A stretch of DNA of 64,000 nucleotides from an archaeon. Lineage in GTDB: Archaea; B1Sed10-29; JAJRYS01. Shown piece after piece: positions 27,347-37,392 of the stretch. The notes beneath the pieces were generated by a model, which was not told where the DNA came from, ran no database searches, and was given only the letters and a program-made list of their open reading frames with translations. A program made the translations under genes and the position numbers. Each line of letters starts with the position of its first letter. Position 1 is the first letter of the stretch. The stretch is from positions 3,050 through 67,049 of the forward strand of contig JAJRYS010000016.1 in assembly GCA_024275665.1 (NCBI GenBank). The letters run 5' to 3'.

Positions 27347-28696
27347 ATGATAACGGCGGTGATTGTGGTGGGAGTGAGGGATTATCTTAAGAAGAAAAAA
27401 AAGTTGAAAAGAGAGACAGTAGGGATTGGTAAGATTTCTGCTGTTGGTATGAGAATGTCCAAACTTAAAGCATTAAAAACAGCAAAAGAGTTGGGCATTG
27501 ACATAAGCAAATATGGCAGGTTTGCTACTGTTACTGATATTAAAAAAGATATAACTTCTAAGATTAGAGAAAATGAGAAGAAAGTGCAAGAAGGTAAAAT
27601 GAGGAAAGCAAGAAAAATTGCTAGGGAAATGAAAGAAGAAGAGGAGTTGTTTGAAAAAATTGTGCAAAAGGCTGTTAAAGAAGGAGAAGAGAAAGTAAAA
27701 AGAAAGTATGGTGAAAGGGAAAGAGAGATAATAAGAGAAAAAGAAGAGATGGCTAAAGAATTTGAGAAAATAAAAGCAAAAGCCAAGAATGGTAAAAAAC
27801 TCACTAGGGAAGAACTTAACTTCTTCAGGAAGTATTATTCAAGAATGGCTGGAACTCCTTCTGAAAAGAAATCATTAGAAAGGAGAGTTAAGAACATAGA
27901 AAAAAGGATTAATAAGCTTATTAGTGAGGAAAAGAATAAAGGAGTTAAAGGAGATATATTTGCCCAACTCTTAAAACAAGGCAAGATAAGCGAAGAGGAA
28001 ATCAACCTGCTCAATGAGTACTATCAACAAGCTGGAGGAGCTAAGTTCATAACAAGAGTAAATGTTGCTCCTGAGTTGAAGGATATGATTTATAGTGGAA
28101 AAGCCGCGAAGATTACTGGAAGAGTACCAGAAGTTAACATTGAGGACTTTGAAATAAGAAAAGGAGAGAGAATAATATTCCATCCAATGCAACAGCCAAT
28201 GATGGCTAAATTAAAAAACCTTGTAGAGAAAAGAGACTCTCTTAAAGAAAGAAAACAAGCTCTGAAGGAGCAGATTAAGAAGTTAGAAGAGTTTGGAAGA
28301 TACTCTGACCTTGAAATTGCGAAAAAGAAATTAGATGAAGTTGAAGCAAGAATAGATGAAATGAAAGAAGAAATAAAATATTATCATAAATTAGCAGAGG
28401 AGGAAGAGAAAGAGTTTGAAAGAAGAAAAAAAGAGGAATTAAGAAAAGAAAAAGAAAAGCTTAAGAAAGAACGTGAGAAAGAGCTTCAGAGACAGGCAAT
28501 GCTTAGAAAGAAACAACAGATAAAGGAGACTAATGAAAAAATTAAGAAAATAAAGGAAGAGTTGAAAGTTCTCAGAAGCCCTAGAAAGAGAATTGAAATG
28601 AGGATCAAGGAAGGAGATATAAATCAGAGAATAAGAGAACTTGAGAATAAACTCAGAGAAGAGAAGAAGATATTAGAAGAATTACAAAAAGCATAA
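27347..28696 (+). CDS. Lys/Glu-rich predicted coiled-coil protein (449 aa)
   Basis: Long uninterrupted ORF with a short N-terminal hydrophobic segment (ITAVIVVGV) then charged helical repeats. Confidence 0.5.
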   Translation: MITAVIVVGVRDYLKKKKKLKRETVGIGKISAVGMRMSKLKALKTAKELGIDISKYGRFATVTDIKKDITSKIRENEKKVQEGKMRKARKIAREMKEEEELFEKIVQKAVKEGEEKVKRKYGEREREIIREKEEMAKEFEKIKAKAKNGKKLTREELNFFRKYYSRMAGTPSEKKSLERRVKNIEKRINKLISEEKNKGVKGDIFAQLLKQGKISEEEINLLNEYYQQAGGAKFITRVNVAPELKDMIYSGKAAKITGRVPEVNIEDFEIRKGERIIFHPMQQPMMAKLKNLVEKRDSLKERKQALKEQIKKLEEFGRYSDLEIAKKKLDEVEARIDEMKEEIKYYHKLAEEEEKEFERRKKEELRKEKEKLKKEREKELQRQAMLRKKQQIKETNEKIKKIKEELKVLRSPRKRIEMRIKEGDINQRIRELENKLREEKKILEELQKA

Positions 28697-28743
28697 ACCT
28701 TTCCCTTCCTTACTTTCTTTACCCTTTCATTGGTGTTAAATAG

Positions 28744-28959
28744 TTGTTGATCATGTTGAAGGAGAGAAGAAAACTCAAGGAAAAAGCAAGAAAAATAGAA
28801 TCTCCTTACAAACCTTATTGGACTAAAGAAAGAATAAGAACAGAGATTAATTTAGTTGAAGCAGCAAGAGAACTCAAGAAAAGTATTGAAGAACTTCCTG
28901 AAAATGAAAGGAAAAAAATTTTAGAAAAACAGAACATTAATCTATCAGTTCTAGAATAA
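28744..28959 (+). CDS. Small Lys/Glu-rich helical protein (71 aa); may continue through the TAA into a TM tail
   Basis: Charged helical ORF; the same frame continues after the TAA as ...KKKKIFLAGGGGGASVPSVSAEGLEVIIRIALIGLAVLVVLYFLSSLF to 29157. Confidence 0.3.
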   Translation: MLIMLKERRKLKEKARKIESPYKPYWTKERIRTEINLVEAARELKKSIEELPENERKKILEKQNINLSVLE

Positions 28960-29164
28960 ATAAGCAAGCAACAAGAAATTAATGAAGAAGCACTAAAAAA
29001 GAAAGAAAAAAAGAAGAAAATCTTCCTCGCAGGTGGAGGCGGAGGAGCAAGCGTTCCTTCAGTGAGTGCAGAGGGCTTGGAAGTGATTATCAGGATTGCT
29101 TTGATAGGCCTGGCAGTGCTTGTAGTGTTATACTTCTTATCCTCCTTGTTCTAATGAATTGAAT

Positions 29165-30238
29165 TTAGTCAGCGAACACTGCTTTTACTACTTCTTCGTA
29201 AGGAGCATTCGTGCGTATCCCTTGTCCTGTGAAGTGAGTGCGAGTAGCCTTGAAACCCTTTTCCTTCAACGTTTTCAGAATTTCTTCTCTTTTCCTGACC
29301 TTCTTCTTGTACTTCTTGGCAAGAGAAGGCAGGTCGTAGTAAGGAGTTGTTATTGAGTAATCCTCTTCTGTTAGTGGATTAAATTCTCCTAGCCTGCCAA
29401 TCCAAGTAGGCCCGAGGATGACTGCTTTTTTCCCACACTCGCATCCAGTGCTAACATCTGAATTAATTGGAATGAGTTCTCTTCTCTCACAAGCAGGACA
29501 GTACTTCACGAACCCTATTTCTTTCAGTTTTCTGTTTGCTGTTTTTCTCCCTCCCTTGATTTCTACGAATGCGCGGTAGTAGTGAATATGAGAGTAAGCG
29601 AACACAGGACGCGTGAAGTAATCATGCTTTCCAGCTTCTCTCATTATTACGTAAAGCAGGTTTCTTAACCCAAGCTCGTGGAGGAAGCTGGTTCTTGTTG
29701 CTTTCAAAGCATACCTGCGAGCGCATGCAGTGAAGTAAACTCCTGAAAGAGTGCCAGTATCAGTAGCAGTAACAGCTAACAATGATCCATTGGGGTTCAA
29801 GGCAGTGACAGCGTTTGCAAGGAAGCGTATTGGAGAGCCGAAGGGATCGATGTCTACCAAGTCGAATTTCTCTCTCTTGTTATCCACTAGAAACTTGTTG
29901 GCTTCTTCGTTGCTCGTTCTGATTTTCACGTTGTTAAGTTCAGCGTTTTTCTCCACAAGTCTCACAGCGCTTGGCTGCACGTCGTTAGCCCATACTTCCA
30001 CGTTTTCAAGCTCGTTAGCATATCTGACTGCTCTTGCTCCCACTCCACTAAGCAAGTCAAGTATTTTCGGTTTTTCTTTCCCGTCTTTTCTGAAGTAATA
30101 CTCAGCAATGGTTATTGAAATGCTTCTGTTTTTCTCCATTGCAGGGTTGAAGAACACTGCGCCTTGGCTTGGTTTTTCCAAGCACTCTGCAGGCACTAGT
30201 AACTTTGTTTTGCCTTCAGTGATTTCTTTTAGTTCCAT
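29165..30238 (-). CDS. trm1: tRNA (guanine26-N2)-dimethyltransferase Trm1
   Basis: Trm1 family signature (LDLLSGVGARAVRYANE, DIDPFGSP) and a C-terminal Cys-rich zinc-binding domain. Confidence 0.85.
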   Translation of the reverse strand: MELKEITEGKTKLLVPAECLEKPSQGAVFFNPAMEKNRSISITIAEYYFRKDGKEKPKILDLLSGVGARAVRYANELENVEVWANDVQPSAVRLVEKNAELNNVKIRTSNEEANKFLVDNKREKFDLVDIDPFGSPIRFLANAVTALNPNGSLLAVTATDTGTLSGVYFTACARRYALKATRTSFLHELGLRNLLYVIMREAGKHDYFTRPVFAYSHIHYYRAFVEIKGGRKTANRKLKEIGFVKYCPACERRELIPINSDVSTGCECGKKAVILGPTWIGRLGEFNPLTEEDYSITTPYYDLPSLAKKYKKKVRKREEILKTLKEKGFKATRTHFTGQGIRTNAPYEEVVKAVFAD

Positions 30239-30278
30239 GATATGTGTTTATATTGTTAGTGGTTTTTAATATCTTGTC

Positions 30279-30935
30279 ATGTTAGTGCTTGGAATTGATG
30301 AAGCTGGGAGGGGCCCAGTAATCGGCCCAATGGTAATAGCAGGAGTTCTTCTTGATGAAGAAGCAGAAGAAGAGTTTAATCTCTTGGGAGTGCGTGATTC
30401 CAAGCTCTTAAGCCCTAAGAAGCGTGAACGCTTGGCGAAGGAGATTAAGAAGAAAGCAGTAGAAGTTCAAGTGATTAGTGTTCCTGCTGCTGAGATTGAC
30501 AAAGCCCGTAAAAGGATGAGTTTGAACGAGATAGAAGCTGCTAAAATGGCCTTATTGCTTAAGAAGTTCAAAAACAAGCCTGAAAAGATAATCATCGATT
30601 TGCCAGACCCTACTGGTTTTGCTTTAATCAAACGCATTTCAAAGTATGTTGACTTGAAAGCAGAAGTAATAGCAGAGCACAAAGCTGATTCCAAGTACGT
30701 TGCGGTTGCTGCTGCTTCTATTATTGCAAAGACTGAAAGGGACAAGGCTGTTGAGAGAATTTCAAAAGAACATGGTGAAGTGGGAAGTGGTTACCCTTCA
30801 GACCCGAGAACTGTTAAGTTTTTAGAAAAGCACAAGGAAGAAGAGATGAAGTTCGTGCGTTACAGCTGGAGCACTGCCCGCAGGATTCTTGGCAAAAAAA
30901 AGGAAAAGAAGCAAGCAAAATTATTTGACTTTTGA
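30279..30935 (+). CDS. rnhB: Ribonuclease HII
   Basis: LGIDEAGRGPVIGPMV catalytic DEDD-fold motif, archaeal RNase HII length. Confidence 0.85.
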   Translation: MLVLGIDEAGRGPVIGPMVIAGVLLDEEAEEEFNLLGVRDSKLLSPKKRERLAKEIKKKAVEVQVISVPAAEIDKARKRMSLNEIEAAKMALLLKKFKNKPEKIIIDLPDPTGFALIKRISKYVDLKAEVIAEHKADSKYVAVAAASIIAKTERDKAVERISKEHGEVGSGYPSDPRTVKFLEKHKEEEMKFVRYSWSTARRILGKKKEKKQAKLFDF

Positions 30936-30940
30936 GCAGT

Positions 30941-31306
30941 TCATTCTTCTGGTTCTACTCCGTACACTGTTTTTATGAACTGCTTTGCTGCTTCTTCTAC
31001 TAATGGCTTTCCTTCTTCATCGTTGTAGAAGATTGCTTTGAATACTTGCTTGCCGGTGTTGGCTTCCATGTTTGCTAATGCGAATAAGAACGCTTCGTTT
31101 TCTTCTTTTTCCTCTATGTCCAGTTCTACTATTAGCATTGTTTCATCTGTTTTTTCAAGCATTTGCCTAGTGAATGCGAGAGTGTCGAACAAATCGTTTG
31201 TCTTTTTCTTTTTGAAGCTTATTTGTTCTACTCTGTTGAACAAGTATTCTTCGAAGAAAGGAGCAAGATTTTCAGAACTCTTTTCAACTATTCCCACTGT
31301 TACCAT
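30941..31306 (-). CDS. Hypothetical acidic protein (121 aa)
   Basis: ORF only; no motif recognised. Confidence 0.3.
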   Translation of the reverse strand: MVTVGIVEKSSENLAPFFEEYLFNRVEQISFKKKKTNDLFDTLAFTRQMLEKTDETMLIVELDIEEKEENEAFLFALANMEANTGKQVFKAIFYNDEEGKPLVEEAAKQFIKTVYGVEPEE

Positions 31307-31362
31307 GAGTAGAATTAGAGGGTTTGGTTGAATAAAAAAGTAAGGGTTTAAGGGAAGGGCTT

Positions 31363-32997
31363 TTACATTCCGCCCATTCCTTCCATTCCCTGTGGTCCTT
31401 GTGATGGTTCTTTCATTCTAGAAGCAGCTATTATGTCATCTATTTTTAGTATCATTTCCGCTGCTTCTGCTGCTGATGCTAGTGCTTGTCTTTTTACTTT
31501 GGTTGGTTCTATCACGTCGTATTTTAACATGTCTTCTACTTTTGCGTTGAACACGTGTACTCCTACGTTCTTTTCTCCGTTTGAATGAGAAGACCTTAAC
31601 TGCACTAAGGTGTCTATTGGATCCATTCCAGCGCTTTCTGCAAGGGTTCTTGGTATTATCTCTAGTGCTGATGCGAAGGCTTCTATTGCTAGTTGTTCAC
31701 GGCCTCCTATTTGCGTGGCATATTCTCTTAGTCTTACTGCGAGTTCTGTTTCTATTGCTCCTCCTCCTGTTACTATTTTACCCATTTCAATGGCTGATAC
31801 TACTGCTACTATCCCGTCTTCCACTGCTCTTTCTGCTTCGTTTACCACGTGTTCTGTTCCTCCTCTTATGAGAACAGTTACTGCTTTAGGATCTTTGCAT
31901 CCTTCCACGAATGTCATTGCTTCTCCTGAAACTTTTCTTTCTTCTACCACTTCAGCGAACCCAAGGTCTTTTTCAGTTAGTTCTTTCAGGTTTGTTATTA
32001 TTGTTGCTCCTGTTGCTTTTGCGAGTTTCTCCATGTCTGACTTTTTAACTCTTCTTACTGCGAATATTCCTGCCTTGGCTAGAAAGTGCTGCGCCATGTC
32101 ATCTATTCCCTTTTGACAGAACACTACGTTGGCGTTTGCTTGTTTTATTTTTTCAACCATTTCTCTTAGCATTTTTTCTTCTTGGTCAAGGAATGCTTCT
32201 AGTTGTTCTGGTGATGTTATCCTTATCTCAGCATCTGTTTCTGTTTCTTTTATTTCAAGAGCTGAGTCTATGAGTGCTATTTTAGCATTTTCTATTTTTC
32301 TAGGCATTCCTGAGTGCACTCTTTCCTTGTCTATTACTACTCCTTTTATGAGAGTGGATTCGTCTACGTCTCCTCCTTCTTTTTTCTCTACTTTTATGTA
32401 ATCCTTGTTGATTACTATTTTTCCATCTGTGTTTTCTGCTACTTGTTTCACTGCTTCTACTATGATGTTTGATAGTTTTTCTTTTGACTTTCCAACTGCT
32501 CCTTTTGAACTCATGGTGGTAATGCATACTTTCTTTAGTATGTCTTCATTGTCAATCGTTACTGGTTCTGATACTTGGTCAAGGATTTCAATGGCTTTTT
32601 CTTCAGCCATTTTGTATCCTTTGATTATTATGCTTGGATGTATTTCTTGGTCTAAGAGTTCTTCTGCTTTCTTCAACAGTTCTCCTGCTATTACTACTGC
32701 TGTTGTTGTTCCGTCTCCTGTCTCACTGTCCTGTGTTTTTGCTACTTCTACGAGCATTTTCCCTGCCGGGTGTTCTATGCTCATTTCTTTGAGAATGGTT
32801 GCTCCGTCGTTTGTTATCGTGATGTCTCCTATTTCGTCCACGAGCATTTTGTCCATTCCTTTTGGTCCAAGCGTTGACCTTACTGCATTTGCTACTGCTT
32901 TTCCTACGAGGATGTTTATTCTTTGAGCGTCTCTTCCAAGTATTCTTTTTGATCCTTCAGGAAGCACTAATACTTGCTGGTCTCCCAGTTGAGCCAT
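31363..32997 (-). CDS. ths: Thermosome subunit (group II chaperonin)
   Basis: [28 protein letters not shown]-binding motifs, helical-protrusion apical domain, C-terminal GGM-rich tail (MEGMGGM). Confidence 0.9.
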   Translation of the reverse strand: MAQLGDQQVLVLPEGSKRILGRDAQRINILVGKAVANAVRSTLGPKGMDKMLVDEIGDITITNDGATILKEMSIEHPAGKMLVEVAKTQDSETGDGTTTAVVIAGELLKKAEELLDQEIHPSIIIKGYKMAEEKAIEILDQVSEPVTIDNEDILKKVCITTMSSKGAVGKSKEKLSNIIVEAVKQVAENTDGKIVINKDYIKVEKKEGGDVDESTLIKGVVIDKERVHSGMPRKIENAKIALIDSALEIKETETDAEIRITSPEQLEAFLDQEEKMLREMVEKIKQANANVVFCQKGIDDMAQHFLAKAGIFAVRRVKKSDMEKLAKATGATIITNLKELTEKDLGFAEVVEERKVSGEAMTFVEGCKDPKAVTVLIRGGTEHVVNEAERAVEDGIVAVVSAIEMGKIVTGGGAIETELAVRLREYATQIGGREQLAIEAFASALEIIPRTLAESAGMDPIDTLVQLRSSHSNGEKNVGVHVFNAKVEDMLKYDVIEPTKVKRQALASAAEAAEMILKIDDIIAASRMKEPSQGPQGMEGMGGM

Positions 32998-33090
32998 AAT
33001 TAGTTCACCTCTCTTTTCATTAGATTAAAATCAGCATTAACTGTTCTCATTATTATGCTGTTAAGTCTTTAAAAGATTAACGCTGTTGCC

Positions 33091-35403
33091 TTATTTCAAG
33101 TTATGCATTCTTATCAAGTCTTCTTCCAGGGGTTTGAGTTCTACTGGGATTTGTATGCCAGTGATTTCGTTGTTTAGAGGAAGCCTTGCTTCTTTCTTCT
33201 TCTTCCACACTTCTGAGTTGAATTCTATTATCTTGTTAGTGAGTTTTTTGAAAGAACTGTCCCATCCAGCGTTTTCTTCAGGCAGTTTCTTCGAATGAAC
33301 TGTTTCCCCATACACGTCCCTGTAAATCTTGTCAGTGATGAAAGGAGTAATAGGAGCGAGTAGTTTTAATACTGTTCTCATGACAGTGTGAAGAGTGGAC
33401 AATGCAGCCTTATCCCCCTCGTAAGCACGTGGCTTTACCATTTCAATGTAATGAGATGCGAAAACGTTCCACACAAATTCTCTTGTCTTGACTGCTGGTA
33501 TGAAGAAATTATAATCATCGTAGGCTTTCCTGCTTTCCTTAACTAGTTCGTTGAGTTCTGCAAGTATCCATCTGTCAGAGTTTTTCAACTCTCCAGGGTC
33601 TTCAGGGTTGTCGAACGAGGAAATGAATCTAGCAACATTCCATAGTTTTGTTAAGAACTTGGAAGCTCCTTTGATTCTGTCTTCTGATATTCTGAAATCT
33701 TCTCCTATGCTTGCTTCGCTTGCAGCCCATAACCTGTAAGCATCAGCCCCGTACTTGCTTAGCATTTCTTCTGGGGATATAAAGTTTCCTTTGCTCTTGC
33801 TCATCTTCCTGCCGTGCTCGTCCAAGCCCATGCCATGAATCATGACGTGTTTGAATCCTGGCTTTCCAGTAAGCTGGTAACTTCTTAGAAGAGTGTAAAA
33901 CAGCCATGTTCTTACAATGTCCCTTCCTTGCGGTCGCATGCTGCAAGGGAAGGCTTTCTTGAAAAGCTCTTCATCACGCTTGTATCCTGTCACGTATAGG
34001 TTGCTTATGCTTGAATCCATCCAAGTATCAAATACTCTTGTCTCTCCTATGAATTCAGTGGAACCGCATTCGCATTTGCTTCCTTCAGGCGGGTCTTCTT
34101 TCCAAGGCTGGTAATATCTCCCAGGAGGAGGCACGAACGGTTCTACGCATTCCTTGCAATACCATAATGGGATTTCAGTAGCGTAATATCTTCTCCTGCT
34201 GATAGGCCAGTCTATTGTGATGCTGTTAACCCAGTCAAGTAGTATTTGCTTGTGTTTTTCAGGATGGAAGGTTATTTCGTCAGCAATTTTCTTAATATCT
34301 TCCAAGAAGTCTAATTGTTTCAAATACCATTCCTTCATTGAAATGATCTCGATAGGAGCACCGCACCTGTCACAATGAGGAGCTCTGTGAGGCACTTGTT
34401 CTTGTTTCAAAAGCAGCCCTTCTTTCTTAAGGTCTTCTATTATTTTTTCCCTTGCTTCTAAGACATCCAAGCCAGCGTACTTGCCTGCTGCTTCTGTCAT
34501 TTTCCTGTCCTTGTCAATTGCTTTGATTGGTTCTAGTCTGAGTTCTCTGAAAATCTGTACGTCAGTAGAGTCCCCGTAGGAGCATACCATCACGAGTCCA
34601 GAACCATAATTAGGGTCTGCTGAGTGGTGTTGTCTTATTGGCACTTCTCTTCCGTATAGTGGTATTACAGCGTGTTTTCCTTCAAGCTTCTGATATCTTT
34701 CGTCTTCAGGATTGAATAACACTACCTGGCAAGCGCATAACAATTCAGATCTTGTAGTAGCTATTATTATCTTTTCTCCTGTTTCTTTTACTTTGAAGAC
34801 CAAGTGATTCAAAGTAGTTGTTCCTTCTTTATATTCTATCTCAGCGTCTGCTATAGTAGTCTTGCATCCAGTGCACCAGTTGTTAGGCTTTTCATCTTCG
34901 TAGATGAGCCCCTTGTTCCACAGTTCTATGAAAGTAGCTTGCGTCAGTGCTCTGTACTCTTCCATGTCAGTGTAGTAGTAGTCGTCGAAGTCCGCTGATA
35001 AGCCAATCATTTTGTAAACGTTGTAAATCTCGTCACCATATTCTCTTATAAGCTTTTTGCATAGTGATAAGAATTCTTCTCTTTCCATTTCATAAGCTTT
35101 CTTGCCGTATTTTTTTTCCACTGCTGTTTCAATAGGAAGCCCGTTATTATCCAAGCAGAACGGGAAGCGTACTTCTTTTCCTTTCATTCTTTCAGAACGA
35201 GCGATCATGTCAATGTAAGAATAAGCTGCTACTGCTCCTGGATGCCAATGACCAGAAGGATAAACGGGTGGATTGTCAATCACGAATATTTCCTTGCCAG
35301 AGTCCTTGTTAAACTTGAATAATTTTTCTTCCTCCCATTTTGAATACAGTTCTTTCTCGAACTCAGTGTTCCATCTTTTTTCTTTCAACTTCGCTTCCAT
35401 CAT
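33091..35403 (-). CDS. Class Ia aminoacyl-tRNA synthetase, most consistent with leucyl-tRNA synthetase (possibly isoleucyl); short, with a non-canonical HIGH region
   Basis: PPVYPSG plus GLPIE and KMSKSKGN resemble LeuRS (PYPSG, GLPAE, KMSKSKGN); editing-domain ATTRSELL (TTRPET-like); NWCTGCKT zinc motif; the HIGH position reads HWHPGA. Confidence 0.55.
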   Translation of the reverse strand: MMEAKLKEKRWNTEFEKELYSKWEEEKLFKFNKDSGKEIFVIDNPPVYPSGHWHPGAVAAYSYIDMIARSERMKGKEVRFPFCLDNNGLPIETAVEKKYGKKAYEMEREEFLSLCKKLIREYGDEIYNVYKMIGLSADFDDYYYTDMEEYRALTQATFIELWNKGLIYEDEKPNNWCTGCKTTIADAEIEYKEGTTTLNHLVFKVKETGEKIIIATTRSELLCACQVVLFNPEDERYQKLEGKHAVIPLYGREVPIRQHHSADPNYGSGLVMVCSYGDSTDVQIFRELRLEPIKAIDKDRKMTEAAGKYAGLDVLEAREKIIEDLKKEGLLLKQEQVPHRAPHCDRCGAPIEIISMKEWYLKQLDFLEDIKKIADEITFHPEKHKQILLDWVNSITIDWPISRRRYYATEIPLWYCKECVEPFVPPPGRYYQPWKEDPPEGSKCECGSTEFIGETRVFDTWMDSSISNLYVTGYKRDEELFKKAFPCSMRPQGRDIVRTWLFYTLLRSYQLTGKPGFKHVMIHGMGLDEHGRKMSKSKGNFISPEEMLSKYGADAYRLWAASEASIGEDFRISEDRIKGASKFLTKLWNVARFISSFDNPEDPGELKNSDRWILAELNELVKESRKAYDDYNFFIPAVKTREFVWNVFASHYIEMVKPRAYEGDKAALSTLHTVMRTVLKLLAPITPFITDKIYRDVYGETVHSKKLPEENAGWDSSFKKLTNKIIEFNSEVWKKKKEARLPLNNEITGIQIPVELKPLEEDLIRMHNLK

Positions 35404-35448
35404 CTCTCACTTCTTATTGTCTTTTTAGAATTATTGTTATTTAAAACT

Positions 35449-36912
35449 TCAGTACTCTTTCGCTACGTAGACGTATTCTTTTGCTGGTTTTCCGCACACG
35501 ATGCATCCCTCTCCTTCTGCTGGTTTTTCATCAGCTCCGTGCAGTTTTCCTCTTACTTTCCCACCTGTTTCCTTGCTTACTACTCCTCCGCATTCTTCTC
35601 CGTCAAGCTCTACTGAGCAGAAAGGCACTCGCACGAATCCTCCTTTCTCCAGTTTTTCTTTCAACTCTTCAAGAGAACTTGCTTCATGGAGTACGTTTTC
35701 AAAGTTCTTGTCAGCCTTTTCTCTTAGGTTTTTCAAAATTTCCCCAGGAACTCTTTCCAAATACTCTTTCAACTCTTCGTCTTTTATCCTTTCCTTCTCA
35801 CCAGTGTCCCTGCGTGCTACTGTGACAAAGCCTTCTGCTGCTTCTTTTGCTCCTACTTCGAAACGCAGACAAACTCCTTTTAATTCCCAGTAGTAATACT
35901 TTGCTCCTGGTCTTTTCTCAGAATCATCAAGAACTACTCTCACTTTCATTGCTTTGAGCTTTTCCTCTAACTCTTTGCACTTGTTCATTATTGCTTCTGT
36001 GTCTGCTTCTTTCTTAAGCACTGGAACGATTACTACTTGGTAAGGCGCTATGCTCCAGGGGAACACTAGTCCTTTGTCGTCGCCATGCATCATTATCAAG
36101 CTAGCCAGGATCCTTGAAACAGCCGGACCATAGCATGTCTGCCAAACATGCTTCTCGTTTCCTTCCTCGTCAGTGAATTTTATGTCATAAGCTTTTGAGA
36201 AATGCTGTCCGAGGAAGTGAGTAGAAGGTTGTTGTATTACTACTCCGTTCGGCATGACGCAGTCAGCTGCGAAAGTGTACTCAGATCCTTTGAACTTGTC
36301 CCATGCAGGCCTTTTGAAAAACAAGAAAGGCAAGCCAAGTTGTTCGTGGAGTACTTTCTCCGTAGTATCCATGTCTTCAAGTACTTGTTTTTCTGCTTCT
36401 TCACGCGTGGCAAACACGTCATGAGCTTCTATCCAGTAAAACTCCCTGTCTCTTAACAAAGGTCTTGTGTGTTTCGTTTCATAACGCCATACTTGGCATT
36501 CTTGGTATACTTTGAACGGCAGGTCTCTCCATGAACGGATCCACTGCGAGTACATCCAATACATTGCTGCTTCGCTCGTAGGCCTTAAACCCATTCTCTC
36601 AGGCAGTTCATCGGTTCCTGCTTTTTCAACCCAGAACACTTCAGGAGTGAATCCTTGAATGTGTTCTATTTCTTTCGCGAACACGCTTTCAGGAATCAAC
36701 GCTGGGAAACGCATTAACTTATGTCCTTTCTTTTCAAGCTCTTCTTCGAACAACTTGTATATTTGCCTTTCAGCAAAAGCAGCTATTGGCTTGTGAACAA
36801 GGAATCCCTTGACAGGATAACGTTGATCTACTACATCTGCTTTTTTCAGCAACTCGAAGAACCATTCGCTGAAGTTCTCTGACTTCTTCGTCTGCATTTC
36901 CTCTTCTTCCAT
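35449..36912 (-). CDS. proS: Prolyl-tRNA synthetase, archaeal/eukaryotic type
   Basis: Class II motifs (RPTSEAAMY, FKVYQECQVWRYE), C-terminal zinc-binding domain ending in Tyr, as in archaeal-type ProRS. Confidence 0.85.
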   Translation of the reverse strand: MEEEEMQTKKSENFSEWFFELLKKADVVDQRYPVKGFLVHKPIAAFAERQIYKLFEEELEKKGHKLMRFPALIPESVFAKEIEHIQGFTPEVFWVEKAGTDELPERMGLRPTSEAAMYWMYSQWIRSWRDLPFKVYQECQVWRYETKHTRPLLRDREFYWIEAHDVFATREEAEKQVLEDMDTTEKVLHEQLGLPFLFFKRPAWDKFKGSEYTFAADCVMPNGVVIQQPSTHFLGQHFSKAYDIKFTDEEGNEKHVWQTCYGPAVSRILASLIMMHGDDKGLVFPWSIAPYQVVIVPVLKKEADTEAIMNKCKELEEKLKAMKVRVVLDDSEKRPGAKYYYWELKGVCLRFEVGAKEAAEGFVTVARRDTGEKERIKDEELKEYLERVPGEILKNLREKADKNFENVLHEASSLEELKEKLEKGGFVRVPFCSVELDGEECGGVVSKETGGKVRGKLHGADEKPAEGEGCIVCGKPAKEYVYVAKEY

Positions 36913-36966
36913 GAGCTTTTATTATCACGTGAAAGGTTTAAATACGTTTACAGTCAAAAACCATTT

Positions 36967-37392
36967 ATGCGCAAGGCATCTTATTGGCTTAAGAGAGTTA
37001 GGAGAAACGCTCAGAAAGTTAATCCTCTTGGCACAAAGCCAAGCAAGTTTGTTCCAAGCAAGACTCCCGTTGTAAGGGATAAGAGTACTGGAATGCTTTT
37101 AGTAGGAGGAGAGAAAGCAGTTGAGAAGATTAAAGTAATGCCTAAGGGTTTCAGAAAGCTTTTCTTGGTTGACCCTGCTACTGGGAGGGAAATTGGGAAT
37201 ATTTTGTTCAGGGAGACAAGCAACCGTCTCATCATTACTAATGTTTCTGCTAATCCTGAAGTTAAAGGAGCACAAGAAGCAGTTGGTTTGGTTGCTCGTG
37301 AGATAATAAGAGAAGGCAATAAAAATAAGGAAGAAGTGTTTGTATTTTCAAAAATACCAAGAGCCCCTGAATGGTATTACAGGAAGCGTTAG
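36967..37392 (+). CDS. Hypothetical protein (141 aa)
   Basis: ORF only. Confidence 0.3.
   Translation: MRKASYWLKRVRRNAQKVNPLGTKPSKFVPSKTPVVRDKSTGMLLVGGEKAVEKIKVMPKGFRKLFLVDPATGREIGNILFRETSNRLIITNVSANPEVKGAQEAVGLVAREIIREGNKNKEEVFVFSKIPRAPEWYYRKR

Noticed and set aside
23941-28959. Hypothesis that TAA is reassigned to a sense codon, given the two in-frame TAA cases
   Set aside because: Many well-supported genes here terminate at TAA (aRF1, pyrH, rrp41 region) and their in-frame continuations are not protein-like. The standard code best explains the window
31581-32926. Plus-strand ORFs of 96, 168, 90 and 173 aa
   Set aside because: Antisense to the thermosome gene. The A/S/L-rich translations mirror the thermosome's GC-skewed codons
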